A DNA stretch of 64,000 bases from Candidatus Methanoperedenaceae archaeon (GCA_963753595.1 CAVWCX010000036.1:96001-160000), one strand, 5' to 3'. Positions 49,842 to 59,911 are shown, numbered from the stretch's first letter. Notes: a model not told the origin generated them from the letters alone. Program-made: numbers and translations.

Positions 49842-50291
49842 ATGGTAATTGCTGAAGGGGCCGCCCTTATCACAGGCATCAAAGGAACTATTGATATCGT
49901 CAAAGGATTAAAGTCGTCTTACGATACCAACACAATCATGCAAGCTCAAACGCAGATTCTTGAACATTTGCTTGCTCTCCAAATCGATGCATTCACACTC
50001 CAAGAGAAACATTCTGCGCTCATTCACGAGAATGAGGAATATAAGAAGAAGTTGATAGAATTTGAACAATGGGGGAAGACTGCATCCGAGTACGAACTTA
50101 AGGAAATTAACCCTGGTGTTTTTGCATATTCTCTCAAGGAATCCCAACAAACCACCGAACTTTCTCATTGGCTTTGCCCAAATTGCTGGGAAGATCACAA
50201 GAAATCTATACTCCAAAAAATTAATCGAACGCATAATGTGAGTATCTATAATACTACTCACAAATGTCCCCGATGTAATCTTAGTCTTTAA
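49842..50291 (+). CDS. Coiled-coil plus Zn-ribbon hypothetical protein
   Basis: LCPNCW...SILQ...CPRC; GGTGA SD. Confidence 0.7.
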   Translation: MVIAEGAALITGIKGTIDIVKGLKSSYDTNTIMQAQTQILEHLLALQIDAFTLQEKHSALIHENEEYKKKLIEFEQWGKTASEYELKEINPGVFAYSLKESQQTTELSHWLCPNCWEDHKKSILQKINRTHNVSIYNTTHKCPRCNLSL

Positions 50292-50471
50292 ATTTAGTAT
50301 GGTTATTTTTAATTTTTTACCGTGCCCGTATTTTTCATTATATTTCATGCATCCTCCCGTGATGCCTCAGAGTTTAGCGAAGCGGAGTCCGAGGTCGGTG
50401 ATGACACAATAAAAATAGCGGAGCCAGCCTCACTGCCCCATGAGAGTCCTTGCTTGACCCCGTCGGTCGGC

Positions 50472-50651
50472 TTACTTTTTCTTATAGATATTCAGTCCGA
50501 TCTTGACATCTTCTTTTCCAGGCACAGACTTATTGCCTTCAGACGATGCAATGACAATAGACTTCCCTGATGTCGAAGGACCGAACTCTTTTGAGAGATC
50601 CACCTTGATGGTCAGGATATTGCCATCAATTGACATTTCTACATTCTTCAT
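50472..50651 (-). CDS. Conserved small protein (59 aa, MKNVEMSIDGNILTIKVDLSKEFGPSTSGKSIVIASSEGN...)
   Basis: Hand-translated; below the ORF-track cutoff; third gene of the RPA operon. Confidence 0.7.
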   Translation of the reverse strand: MKNVEMSIDGNILTIKVDLSKEFGPSTSGKSIVIASSEGNKSVPGKEDVKIGLNIYKKK

Positions 50652-50655
50652 GATC

Positions 50656-51558
50656 TCACGCTCCCGACGCTGTCACGAGACCAACTTTAGGCTCGTATAT
50701 TCTGCCTTCATCCATCAGTCCTTTAAGAGCTGCTTCAAGTTGCATCAAAGTCATCCCTGCACCTTTGCATGGATTACCCAGCGTCTCAAGCTTGACTCCT
50801 TTGCCTTTATTCAGCGCGATTATCTTCTGTTCGACGAAGTTCTTCATGTCCTCAAGCGACATTGGGTCGTCAGATGGCGCCTTTGCAGCAGGCTTAGTTT
50901 CAGGGGGAGGAGATGGCGGAGCTGCTGCAGGAGGAGACACTGGAGGAACCGTAGATGAGGATGCGGGAGAACCCACACCCACATCACTCTTCATAGACAA
51001 CAAGACAGTCTTAACTATCTGCTTATAATCCTCTTTGTTAGGATACGCCGTATCGACCTCTAACCCCAGGGCGGTATTGGTCTTGAGCGCTGCAAGTCTG
51101 TCAAGTGTAGCCTTCGCGGTCTCAACCAGCCAGGTATTTCGTATATTCTCATCTGCAAGCACAACCTTCTCGGCGCGAATACTTGTAAGAACCGTACCTT
51201 CTTTTGGTGTGTACAGGGACGCTTTGCCAACGACTGTGACGAATGCCGGGAGTTTCCCGATCAATTCCTGCATGAAACTTGCAGCTTCAGGCTGGTATTG
51301 GCCTGCAGTTACGAAGAACACTCCCGTAGGATCCGAAACCCGCATGCGATAGAAACTGCCGTCAGTGCCAATATCCTCTATTTCTGTCGCTGTACCCACG
51401 ATCATTACTCTCGATGCCTTGAGGCCGGTCTGTGTAAGATATAACTGGCTCTCATATTGGTCGCCACCTTTCTTTTGGACCTCGATGGCCGTAGCTTTCA
51501 ATTCGGCTGCGAAAAGCCTTCCCGCTTTCATTCTTTCAAAAGCCATATTTCCTGCCAT
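50656..51558 (-). CDS. RPA small-subunit-like OB-fold protein with C-terminal winged helix
   Basis: SRVMIVG, RMRVSDPTGVFFVTAGQYQPEA; LMDEGRIYEP. Confidence 0.85.
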   Translation of the reverse strand: MAGNMAFERMKAGRLFAAELKATAIEVQKKGGDQYESQLYLTQTGLKASRVMIVGTATEIEDIGTDGSFYRMRVSDPTGVFFVTAGQYQPEAASFMQELIGKLPAFVTVVGKASLYTPKEGTVLTSIRAEKVVLADENIRNTWLVETAKATLDRLAALKTNTALGLEVDTAYPNKEDYKQIVKTVLLSMKSDVGVGSPASSSTVPPVSPPAAAPPSPPPETKPAAKAPSDDPMSLEDMKNFVEQKIIALNKGKGVKLETLGNPCKGAGMTLMQLEAALKGLMDEGRIYEPKVGLVTASGA

Positions 51559-51560
51559 GA

Positions 51561-52508
51561 TTATGCCTCCACTGCCACAAGTAGTGCATCTACATGGCTC
51601 ATTACATCTGCCTTGAAGGGCTTGATTGAGTCAACGATCAGATTCTTTTCAATCTGGACACCGCTTACTTCAAAATAGCGGCCTATCAACATGGCTCCCA
51701 TGTTATCTGCAACTGTTCTGCTATCCATCGACTCCATTGCGATCTCTTTTGCCCCATCCAGAGTGATGCCTGTCAGTTCTTCGGTCAGTTTCCTGTTGAG
51801 AATTACATCCTGCGAAGTGACACCATCATCGATGACACCCTTGATTCTCAGGTCATAAACACCTTCGACTTTTCCATGATCACCACAGGCGCCTTTTACA
51901 AGCGACCGATTGCATTCCGGGCAGCGCTTTATCAGACCAGAGCCTTGCTGCAGGTCAACCAGTACACCGACTACGGTAACGAGTTTCTTGGCGATCGTGA
52001 TGTCTCCAGAGAACGCGGTTATCTCGGAGTTCTTATTGACCTTGATCGATACCCTTCCCTGCCATTCGGATGTCACTACATTCTTGAAGAGGTAGCAACT
52101 CCCTTCTCTGAGAACTGGTGCTCCCGATGATTTCCAGGTCGTGAACACTACTGTGCCAGTCTCATCACCGAGTATACCTGTCTGGAGTATCTTCTCATGT
52201 TTTGGTTCCCACAGGATCGAAACCCTGGCATTGAAAGAACACCACTTATTATCTTCTATCAGTTCAGCGATCTTGACTGGATTCTGATTAGCGAATCCCG
52301 CTGTGGCAAAGAACTCATCCGGATTAATATTGTGGACCTTAAGGAAGCGGCTTGTAACGTTCCTGCTTGCCTCATTCAAAGGTACTCTGAACTTGTTCAC
52401 AAGAATTGACAACTGTTCAATTATGTCTCTTTCCTGTATCTGTACATTCACTTTCGCGAATCTTTCCTTTATTTCTAAAGATGTTTGTTGTATCTTTGCA
52501 TTTTCCAT
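51561..52508 (-). CDS. rpa: Replication protein A (OB fold plus Zn finger)
   Basis: QTGILGDETG, GSGLIKRCPEC...CGDHG and DLRIKGVIDDG. Confidence 0.9.
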   Translation of the reverse strand: MENAKIQQTSLEIKERFAKVNVQIQERDIIEQLSILVNKFRVPLNEASRNVTSRFLKVHNINPDEFFATAGFANQNPVKIAELIEDNKWCSFNARVSILWEPKHEKILQTGILGDETGTVVFTTWKSSGAPVLREGSCYLFKNVVTSEWQGRVSIKVNKNSEITAFSGDITIAKKLVTVVGVLVDLQQGSGLIKRCPECNRSLVKGACGDHGKVEGVYDLRIKGVIDDGVTSQDVILNRKLTEELTGITLDGAKEIAMESMDSRTVADNMGAMLIGRYFEVSGVQIEKNLIVDSIKPFKADVMSHVDALLVAVEA

Positions 52509-52603
52509 ATATATTCACCTTTTGTTTTATTTTAGGAGATAAGTCATAGGCCGACAGTGGATTTTAACCACCTGGGAATTTCCAACCCGTGACTTACATC
52601 ATT

Positions 52604-52834
52604 TCAATTTGTCCGACCAAGGGGGGTTGATGTTTCTGCACCGCAGTGCGAAACTTCACCCTCCGCAGCGTCGGCGCTGTCACGCTGTTTCTCCGGGATC
52701 GCTTGCAACACTTTCTTTGCGCACTTTGGACCGTATACCTGCGGAGCTTTGATCTTGCGGTGGCAGCGCAGGCATTTGTTATAGAGCGTAACTATGGCGC
52801 TAGCATTCTCTTTGAATTCTAATTCATCTGACAT
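52604..52834 (-). CDS. Small Zn-finger protein
   Basis: CLRCHRKI....YGPKCAKK. Confidence 0.6.
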   Translation of the reverse strand: MSDELEFKENASAIVTLYNKCLRCHRKIKAPQVYGPKCAKKVLQAIPEKQRDSADAAEGEVSHCGAETSTPLGRTN

Positions 52835-52947
52835 TTTATCACCTTATTCGTCTCGTTTCTTTACAATAGTAATGTAAATGCATTACGAGAATATAAGTAT
52901 TACTATTGTAATACAAAACAAGCCGCGTTAATTGCAGCAATTGTTAA

Positions 52948-53232
52948 TTATAATCGTTTGCCATCGTACCAGATCGACGTGCATCCAGCATTTGGCATCC
53001 CGAAATCATCAAGGGGCTCAAAGCCATCATAATCCCCGATGATCTTTCCTTCATAATAGAGGTTCATGTCGTCATCAAACATCTGGAAGGGGACTCCTTT
53101 TAAAATCTCTTCCTTTGTAAAAGTGGTATCGTGACCACCCATTGTCCCGGTTTCATTTGTTTCCGCTTCACTATGATCTCCTTTTTCGAAAAGGACGTCT
53201 CTTGTTATTATCCAGCCGTACATTTCATTCAC
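52948..53232 (-). CDS. Hypothetical protein
   Basis: 94 aa in an operon with RadC. Confidence 0.65.
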   Translation of the reverse strand: MNEMYGWIITRDVLFEKGDHSEAETNETGTMGGHDTTFTKEEILKGVPFQMFDDDMNLYYEGKIIGDYDGFEPLDDFGMPNAGCTSIWYDGKRL

Positions 53233-53620
53233 CTTCTACCCAGTTCCATATCACTGTTGTGATATTAAGTGGTATGCCTTTGATTTCAAGGACCTCACAT
53301 CTTCTTTTCAACTCGATGACACTCTCCTTTGCCTCTTTTGAATAAGCCCATGGCTGTTCATAGTGTTCTATTAAGGCACCTTTCCAGTAGACGTATCCCA
53401 CATGGTCTATGGTCATGTTCTCTATGCCGTGGAACCAGGGCTGCTTATATTCCCCGGCTGCAACTGTTTTATAAAGTTTGTTGAACGCCTCAATACCATT
53501 TGTTGTTAGAAAGCCATTGACGGCGCTCTCAACAAGACTCAGATCGACTGGTGCAAGCTTGTCCCCATCTGATGTAGCCTGCAGTATCGCTATTGCTTTA
53601 TCGCAATTATCCTCTTTCAT
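53225..53620 (-). CDS. Hypothetical protein
   Basis: Likely start MKEDN, overlapping the radC stop (ATGA). Confidence 0.6.
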   Translation of the reverse strand: MKEDNCDKAIAILQATSDGDKLAPVDLSLVESAVNGFLTTNGIEAFNKLYKTVAAGEYKQPWFHGIENMTIDHVGYVYWKGALIEHYEQPWAYSKEAKESVIELKRRCEVLEIKGIPLNITTVIWNWVEGE

Positions 53621-54300
53621 ATATGTCCAGCCTCCTTCATGCTGAAGTGTCTGCAATCGCCGATTATCACATGGTCGAGAACGTCTATATCCATTATCGT
53701 CCCCGTTTCCACCAGCTTCTTTGTGATCTCGATATCTTCCCTACTCGGTGTGGGATCGCCGGATGGATGATTGTGTGCAACAATAATGTGTGCTGCCGAC
53801 TCGATCAAGGCCGTGCGAAACACTTCTCTTGGATGAACAACGTTGGCGTTGAGCGAACCAATGGATATAGTGTCTTCTCTGATAATCTGGTTCTTGGTAT
53901 CCAGGCACAGCTCCACAAAATGTTCCTTCTTTGATTCCCTCATTGCCGGATAAAGTCGCCTGTAGACATCTTCGGGTGAGTTGATCTTGAACTTTGATGA
54001 ATTGTCAAAGGTTTCCAATCTTCTTGCCAGCTCAAAACAGGCTACGATCTGGACAGCTTTTCCTGATTTGATGCCGTGAATCTTCATGAGCTGGGATGCT
54101 CCTATTGCAGAGAGTTGTTTTAAGTCGAACTGCGACAGGACTCTTTGGGACAGGTTAATTGCATTCTCAGCAACGGAGCCTGATTTGAGAATTATCGACA
54201 GGAGTTCGGCATTGCTTAAGGACGTTGCGCCGTTTGTTATCAACCGACTGCTGGGTCTATCTTCTGCGGCCATATCTTCGATTCTTAGATTATATTGCAT
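53617..54300 (-). CDS. radC: RadC/JAB-domain protein
   Basis: LSNAELLSIIL, VHPREVF, AHNHPSGDPTPSREDI and LDHVIIG. Confidence 0.95.
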   Translation of the reverse strand: MQYNLRIEDMAAEDRPSSRLITNGATSLSNAELLSIILKSGSVAENAINLSQRVLSQFDLKQLSAIGASQLMKIHGIKSGKAVQIVACFELARRLETFDNSSKFKINSPEDVYRRLYPAMRESKKEHFVELCLDTKNQIIREDTISIGSLNANVVHPREVFRTALIESAAHIIVAHNHPSGDPTPSREDIEITKKLVETGTIMDIDVLDHVIIGDCRHFSMKEAGHI

Positions 54301-54338
54301 AATACCTCATAATATTCAAAAAGAGATCTTACCTGAGT

Positions 54339-54444
54339 CCGCCTGATTTCAGCTCCGCAGAGCGAAATCTGGCGCCAGCCTGATGCTCTCACCGAGGCAC
54401 TGCACGAAGAGTGTAGAGAAAATATTTGATAATGTTGAGAAGTG
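54339..54444 (+). pseudogene. Hairpin plus short tyrosine-integrase remnant, copy 1
   Basis: ~100-bp repeat of 56691..56791; encodes KSVEKIFDN. Confidence 0.55.
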
Positions 54445-54488
54445 CTACGATTTGTTTTAAATATGTTAAAATCCAATCGATAACGCAT

Positions 54489-54869
54489 ATGAAAAAAGTG
54501 GTAACAAAAGGTGAGACTATGGTTGGGGAAACGTTTGAAGGATCCTTGTGGTTCAATTCAAGCAAAGATACCATGAGACATAAGTTGGAAGAATCTGATC
54601 AGAACTCTGGGGTTGGAATAAGTTTTGGAAAAAATTTGCATTTATTTTCTTATAGCAAAGCGTATGTGGATTTGCTCTTTGACGATGATTCCAAAGGACA
54701 AGCCTTAGTGAAGAAAGATAGTTTGAAAAATTGTCCTCATTTAATTGAAGAATGCATTGGAAATTGGGCACGTAAGAATGGCCTCTGGATATTGAAATTA
54801 TCACAACGAAATGTACCTGTAAAATTAAAAGTAGTCCAAGACTATGAGATTTTTTATGTGTCAAAATAA
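54489..54869 (+). CDS. Hypothetical cassette protein
   Basis: ORF ends immediately before an attC-like site. Confidence 0.6.
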   Translation: MKKVVTKGETMVGETFEGSLWFNSSKDTMRHKLEESDQNSGVGISFGKNLHLFSYSKAYVDLLFDDDSKGQALVKKDSLKNCPHLIEECIGNWARKNGLWILKLSQRNVPVKLKVVQDYEIFYVSK

Positions 54870-54966
54870 GTCATATCGACCAGTGAGTAAAGAACTCTTC
54901 GCTTATTTCGTTCGCTCGCCTAACTGCCGAATATACGTTCGGGCTGATATTCAGCCGTTATATGAC
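54870..54966 (+). other. attC-like recombination site
   Basis: GTCATATCGAC ... GTTATATGAC imperfect inverted ends with an internal TTCGCT-rich imperfect palindrome. Confidence 0.55.
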
Positions 54967-54989
54967 ATATTGCTGGAAGAGTTGCCTCG

Positions 54990-55820
54990 ATGAGAGTGCT
55001 ATTTGTAACGGACTTGCATGGAAGCAAGTGGAAATATGAGCGGCTATTCAAAGTAGCAAAAGACTTTCGGGCAAATGTGGTCATCAATGGTGGTGACATG
55101 CTTCCCAAGGAATGTGAACCATTCAATCAGGGTGATTTCATTACGAACTACCTTGACGATTATTTTGCACGATTCAACTCTGCCGGAATTTATTATCTGT
55201 GTTATCCGGGAAATGATGATCTCAGGATTTTCGATGAACTGTTCGAGGAAATCTGCAATAAATATCCATTCATCGTCTACCTGGCACAACGTAAATTCGA
55301 AATAGAGGGTTACGATTTTGTAGGTATGAACTGGGTTGTTGATTATCCATTCAGGCTCAAGGACAGATGCAGGATGGACACAGAGGACTATATTTTCCAG
55401 GAGCAATTCGGAACAGGACTGTTATCCAAACCTGATGGATGGCAGGAAATTGATGACTGGTTTACCCATGCAAAAAAACTCCCAACGATAGAAGAGGAAC
55501 TGGATCGTTTGGTTCGTCCCAGGGATATGGAAAATAGTGTGTATGTAATACACATGCCTCCGTCCAGGCTGGGATTGGATAAATGTTATTACGGGGAAGA
55601 AGTAGGGTCAAAAGCGATTTACAACTTCTTGGAGAAATATCAGCCAAAGCTCTCTTTCCATGGTCATATACATGAATCTCCAGAAGTTACAGGAAAATGG
55701 AATGCAAAACTAGGCAGAACGATATGCATTCAACCCGGTCAACTTGATGAGTTCACTTATGTCACAATTGACATGTCAACGATGAAGTTTGACAGGATCA
55801 AGGAGCAATACGTCACATAA
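54990..55820 (+). CDS. Icc-like metallophosphoesterase
   Basis: TDLHG, GGDML, GNDD, HMPP and HGHIHES. Confidence 0.9.
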   Translation: MRVLFVTDLHGSKWKYERLFKVAKDFRANVVINGGDMLPKECEPFNQGDFITNYLDDYFARFNSAGIYYLCYPGNDDLRIFDELFEEICNKYPFIVYLAQRKFEIEGYDFVGMNWVVDYPFRLKDRCRMDTEDYIFQEQFGTGLLSKPDGWQEIDDWFTHAKKLPTIEEELDRLVRPRDMENSVYVIHMPPSRLGLDKCYYGEEVGSKAIYNFLEKYQPKLSFHGHIHESPEVTGKWNAKLGRTICIQPGQLDEFTYVTIDMSTMKFDRIKEQYVT

Positions 55821-55919
55821 CAGCATGTATGGAGTTTGCCTAGATCACCATAATGCTCGGCTTTGACTCTCACTTCGCCTAACCCTGATTCCGTCTTACA
55901 GTGGCAAAGCCTTATTAGG
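55812..55919 (+). other. Degenerate attC-like site
   Basis: GTCACATAAC overlaps the stop codon; contains CTTCGCCTAAC; decayed right end CTTATTAGG. Confidence 0.45.
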
Positions 55920-55942
55920 TAAGAAAGTAAGAAAGTAATACC

Positions 55943-56206
55943 ATGGCAACAGAAGTCGAGTTCACAAGAATGTCTACAAAAGGTCAAATAGTGATTCCTA
56001 AGAAACTCCGAGCAGGATTTGAAGACGGAACGCCATTTGCAGTAATCCGGGACAGAGATACGATTCTTCTCAAACAAATAAAACTTCCTGGTATTAAAGA
56101 ATTTGAATTTCTTGCAGATAAAGGAGAAACGATAGCAAGAGAACGGGGGATAAAAGAAACAGACATTGATGATATCGTCCATAAACACCGCAAAGTACAG
56201 GATTAA
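55943..56206 (+). CDS. AbrB/MazE-family antitoxin
   Basis: TRMSTKGQIVIPKKLR. Confidence 0.9.
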   Translation: MATEVEFTRMSTKGQIVIPKKLRAGFEDGTPFAVIRDRDTILLKQIKLPGIKEFEFLADKGETIARERGIKETDIDDIVHKHRKVQD

Positions 56207-56209
56207 AAT

Positions 56210-56620
56210 ATGGTAAAGGTAGTTGCTGATACCAATATTTACATTTCAGCTTTGTTCTGGCGCGGGAATCCATACAAGTTCATACATCTATGCTTTGAAG
56301 GAAAAGCCAAATTGGTTATCTCAAGGCAAATCATCGATGAACTCGAAAGGATACTTTTAACTGACGGGAAATTTGAAATGCCCCGAGAAGATGTGGCTTT
56401 ATATTCAGAAATAATCTTAAGCCATGCTGAATTTGTCTCTCCTGCCTTCACTTTGAATGTCATTGTTAAGGATCCTGCAGATGACAGGATATTGGAGTGC
56501 GCTGTTGAAGGTGAGGTGGATTATCTGGTTTCAGGCAACAAACATCTTCTTGATGTTAAGGAATTCCGGGGGATAAAAATCGTGACTGCAAAGCAGATAC
56601 TTGAAATCCTTGGAGTTTGA
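56210..56620 (+). CDS. PIN-domain (VapC-like) toxin
   Basis: VVADTNIYISA, DPADDRILECA and YLVSGNKHLL. Confidence 0.9.
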   Translation: MVKVVADTNIYISALFWRGNPYKFIHLCFEGKAKLVISRQIIDELERILLTDGKFEMPREDVALYSEIILSHAEFVSPAFTLNVIVKDPADDRILECAVEGEVDYLVSGNKHLLDVKEFRGIKIVTAKQILEILGV

Positions 56621-56690
56621 TATAATAACTTCAGCTATGCACTTCCTGACTCCGGAAAATCCAGCTTATATGGGATTCAATTGCACGAAC

Positions 56691-56970
56691 CCGCCTGATT
56701 TCAGCACCGCATTGCGAAATCTGGCACCTGATTATACCATTGGGGCACCATAGAAGTGTATAGAAAATATTTGATAATGCTGTGAGAAGTGATGGGGTAA
56801 CAACAGACGTTTACATTCACAGTCTCATACATGGTTTTGCCACACATCTGTTAGAAAGTGGGGTGGATTTAAGGTTATACAGGAGCTATTGGAACCGTCA
56901 ACAACAAAGATTTGAGTCGTATACAGACCACACTTGATCTAATCATGAAAAAGGAAGTAAGAAATGATTG
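56691..56970 (+). pseudogene. Tyrosine recombinase (integron-integrase/XerD-like) C-terminal remnant
   Basis: Across three frames: RSV*KIFDNAVRSDGVTTDVYIHSLIHGFATHLLESGVDLR / IQELL / VNNKDLSRIQTTLD, matching the HSLRHSFATHLLE-IQELLGH-SPLD pattern. Confidence 0.8.
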
Positions 56971-57180
56971 AGACTGTTCAGACAAATGATGTTATAGACG
57001 AACAAGAATTCGGATATTATGCTAGAATGGAAGGATATGCGAATTTGAGTTTGGATATGAAGAAGTTATGTGAAATTAAAAAATCTACCTCAAGAAAGCA
57101 GGTTGTAAATATATGAGGTTATATGCTATAGCTATGCACGCTAAGCACGGTATAATATATATTGGGGGTTTAGAGTAGTA

Positions 57181-58209
57181 ATGAAGAAAACGTCCACATT
57201 TGAAGAACGACTTTACGTCAAGTTGAGAGAGCAGATTAAAGGGAAAAAAGTTGGTTTCCTCCTTGGTGCAGGAGCCTCCTTTCTGAGCGGTAACGGGTAT
57301 CCGCTTGCGAATGGGCTTTGGGAAGCAATCAGAACCCATATGCCGGAAGAAGAACAACGTTTAATCGACAATGAAATTATGCGAGATTCCACCACATTGG
57401 AACAAGCACTGGATAGGTTAGACGGGGGAAGAAACGAATATTCGACCCTCCGTCACTACATCACGAATGCGGTAGCCGCTTCGTTCATTAATCATACACC
57501 TCCTCTCGATTACCACAGAGAATTTGTTATCCGTCTGGGAACGCGGTCTGAGAAACGAATTCCCGTGTTTACACTGAATTACGACTCGCTTATTGAAATT
57601 GCTACTGACATAGAGAAACGGCCTCTTATAGACGGTTTCTTAGGTACGGTGGAGTGCTACTTCCAACCGTCTTGTTTTACAGATTATCGAGGAATATTAG
57701 AGTCACGACGAGGGCGGTCTGTTCCTGTACACACGAGTGGAATAATCAACCTTTACAAGCTTCACGGATCTCTTGGCTGGTTTAAAGATACCGAATCCAG
57801 ACTGAAACGCATTCGACCAGACATGCCATGCCCTCCAGGCTGCATCCATCTTATGGTACCGCCTCAGAACCGCAAAGCTGCTGACACAGGAATAACACCC
57901 TACGCGACTATTTGGTCGGAGTTCCGTGCTCACCTCGCTAATGACTCCTCACGTCTGCTCAATAGGCTGGTATGCGTCGGTTATGGATTGGGTGATGGTC
58001 ACGTTAATGCAGTTATTGAGTCTGCCTTAGCCCGTAATCATTTTACACTTGTTGTTTTGGCGAAAGACCTTTGTGATGACACATTTAAACGTTGGCAGAA
58101 ATCCCCAAAAACTATCATTGTCACCGAAGAACGATCTTCTCTCTATGGAGAGGAGGGGCCAGGTATGCATGATGCGTGGGCATTTGAGTGGCTAGCAAAG
58201 GAGGTATAA
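57181..58209 (+). CDS. SIR2-like (SIR2_2) NADase of a SIR2-HerA defence system
   Basis: FLLGAGAS, FTLNYD, LYKLHGS and GYGLGDGHVN. Confidence 0.9.
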   Translation: MKKTSTFEERLYVKLREQIKGKKVGFLLGAGASFLSGNGYPLANGLWEAIRTHMPEEEQRLIDNEIMRDSTTLEQALDRLDGGRNEYSTLRHYITNAVAASFINHTPPLDYHREFVIRLGTRSEKRIPVFTLNYDSLIEIATDIEKRPLIDGFLGTVECYFQPSCFTDYRGILESRRGRSVPVHTSGIINLYKLHGSLGWFKDTESRLKRIRPDMPCPPGCIHLMVPPQNRKAADTGITPYATIWSEFRAHLANDSSRLLNRLVCVGYGLGDGHVNAVIESALARNHFTLVVLAKDLCDDTFKRWQKSPKTIIVTEERSSLYGEEGPGMHDAWAFEWLAKEV

Positions 58210-58211
58210 TT

Positions 58212-59876
58212 ATGTCGAATGGAAATTCGAGTTTGGTCGGTCATATACTGGATGTACAAAGTTCGATGTTCACAGCAGACCTAATCCAAAAGGAGGAAGG
58301 TGTTTCACCTACTATCACACTTGGAGACGAGGATATCTCTGTAGGGCGACTTGGGTCGTATATGAGAATCACACAAGGTGCTATCATCGTTATAGCGATG
58401 GTCAGCCGTATGACTGAGAAGGAAATTCTTTCTCCTTTCCCTTCCGATGGCACGGACGTAGCACCAACAGCGGAGGCATTTGCACAGCGAACCATTCAAT
58501 TGGTGCCAATTGGGTGCGTTGGCAGCGATGGTACTTTTGAACGGGGAATATCAGTTTATCCGACGACTGGCGCAGAGGTGCATGCGATTGCGAGTTCCGA
58601 ATTGGACAAGTTGTTCTTGAAGTTCCGGGACAAGCATTACGATGTGGGTGCCGTCTCATCTAATCCGACAACCCGAGTCTACCTTGACCCCTCGCCGCTG
58701 TTCGGGCGTCATTGCGCGATTCTGGGCCAGACTGGTTCAGGAAAGTCTTGGACGATAGCATCGCTCCTTCAGAAGGCAGTCTCACTAATGCCGCGAGCAC
58801 ATATTGTTCTTCTGGACTTACATGGGGAATATAAAAAAGCATTTGCCCCTGAGCACGCAAAGGTCATTGATGCAACGAAACTAGAGATGCCCTACTGGCT
58901 TATGACCTACTCAGAACTTACAGACCTACTCATCGACCGTACTGAACTGAGTGCACACAATCAAACGGCTTTTTTCCGCGATACCATCAACACATTAAAG
59001 CAAGAAGAAGGTGCCCGTCTTAAGTTGCCTCGAACAACAATTGATACACCGGTGTTCTTTTCATTGGAAACCCTAAAGGAAAGGATAAAGTCAAAGAACG
59101 AAGAAATGGTACAGGGCGCCACAAAGCTTATAAAAGGTCCGATGCACGGTGACTTTGACCGTTTCCTAATGCGATTGGATAGCCGTCTCAATGATGTACG
59201 CTATGACTTCCTCCTGAAACCAACGCTTCGGAACAACTCAAGCTCTCTTGAATCTCTATTGAGGGACTTCATTGGCCTAGGGTCATCTAAGGTACCAATA
59301 ACAATTATCGATCTTAGCCCAGTACCCTTCGATGTTCGTCCAACCATTACTGCACAAATTGGACGACTAACTTTCGAATTCAACTTCTGGAATCCGAAGT
59401 ACGAAGAGTTCCCGATACTACTCGTTTGTGAAGAGGCGCATGCATATGTCACGCGGGAGTCCAATTCCCAATTCGAAGGTGCACGGAAGTCGATGGAACG
59501 GATAGCCAAGGAAGGACGCAAATACGGCGTGGGCTTAGCAGTTGTCAGTCAGCGTCCACACGAAGTGTCAGAGACGGTTCTATCGCAATGCGGCACTTTT
59601 GTATGTTTAAGAATTACCAACCCGGATGACCAAGAATATATCCGGAAACTGGTTCCCGAAGCTGAACGCGATTTGGTGAACATCCTGGCAGGAATGCGAC
59701 GAGGGGAAGCGCTTGTCTTGGGAGAAGCTGTACCGATGCCTACACGCATACAGATGGACATGCCCAGCCCGACTCCTCGGAGCAATGACATCGACTTTTA
59801 TAAGTACTGGACCGAGGGACCGATAGATCTTGATGTTGCCACTATCGTTGACAGATGGAGGCGTCAAGCAAGGTAA
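58212..59876 (+). CDS. herA: HerA/DUF87 ATPase of a SIR2-HerA defence system
   Basis: RHCAILGQTGSGKS, DLHGEY, CEEAHAY, IAKEGRKYG and SQRP. Confidence 0.92.
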   Translation: MSNGNSSLVGHILDVQSSMFTADLIQKEEGVSPTITLGDEDISVGRLGSYMRITQGAIIVIAMVSRMTEKEILSPFPSDGTDVAPTAEAFAQRTIQLVPIGCVGSDGTFERGISVYPTTGAEVHAIASSELDKLFLKFRDKHYDVGAVSSNPTTRVYLDPSPLFGRHCAILGQTGSGKSWTIASLLQKAVSLMPRAHIVLLDLHGEYKKAFAPEHAKVIDATKLEMPYWLMTYSELTDLLIDRTELSAHNQTAFFRDTINTLKQEEGARLKLPRTTIDTPVFFSLETLKERIKSKNEEMVQGATKLIKGPMHGDFDRFLMRLDSRLNDVRYDFLLKPTLRNNSSSLESLLRDFIGLGSSKVPITIIDLSPVPFDVRPTITAQIGRLTFEFNFWNPKYEEFPILLVCEEAHAYVTRESNSQFEGARKSMERIAKEGRKYGVGLAVVSQRPHEVSETVLSQCGTFVCLRITNPDDQEYIRKLVPEAERDLVNILAGMRRGEALVLGEAVPMPTRIQMDMPSPTPRSNDIDFYKYWTEGPIDLDVATIVDRWRRQAR

Positions 59877-59911
59877 CCATTGATATATTTCAAGGCAATG
59901 AGGGGGGCTAT

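Noticed and set aside
52538-52597. tRNA gene or att-site tRNA fragment
   Set aside because: Only a T-arm-like hairpin; no cloverleaf, D arm or anticodon arm.
56750-56970. Functional integrase via stop-codon (pyrrolysine) readthrough
   Set aside because: Also has two frameshifts, a substituted catalytic Arg (HSLIH), a deleted catalytic Tyr region and no N-terminus.
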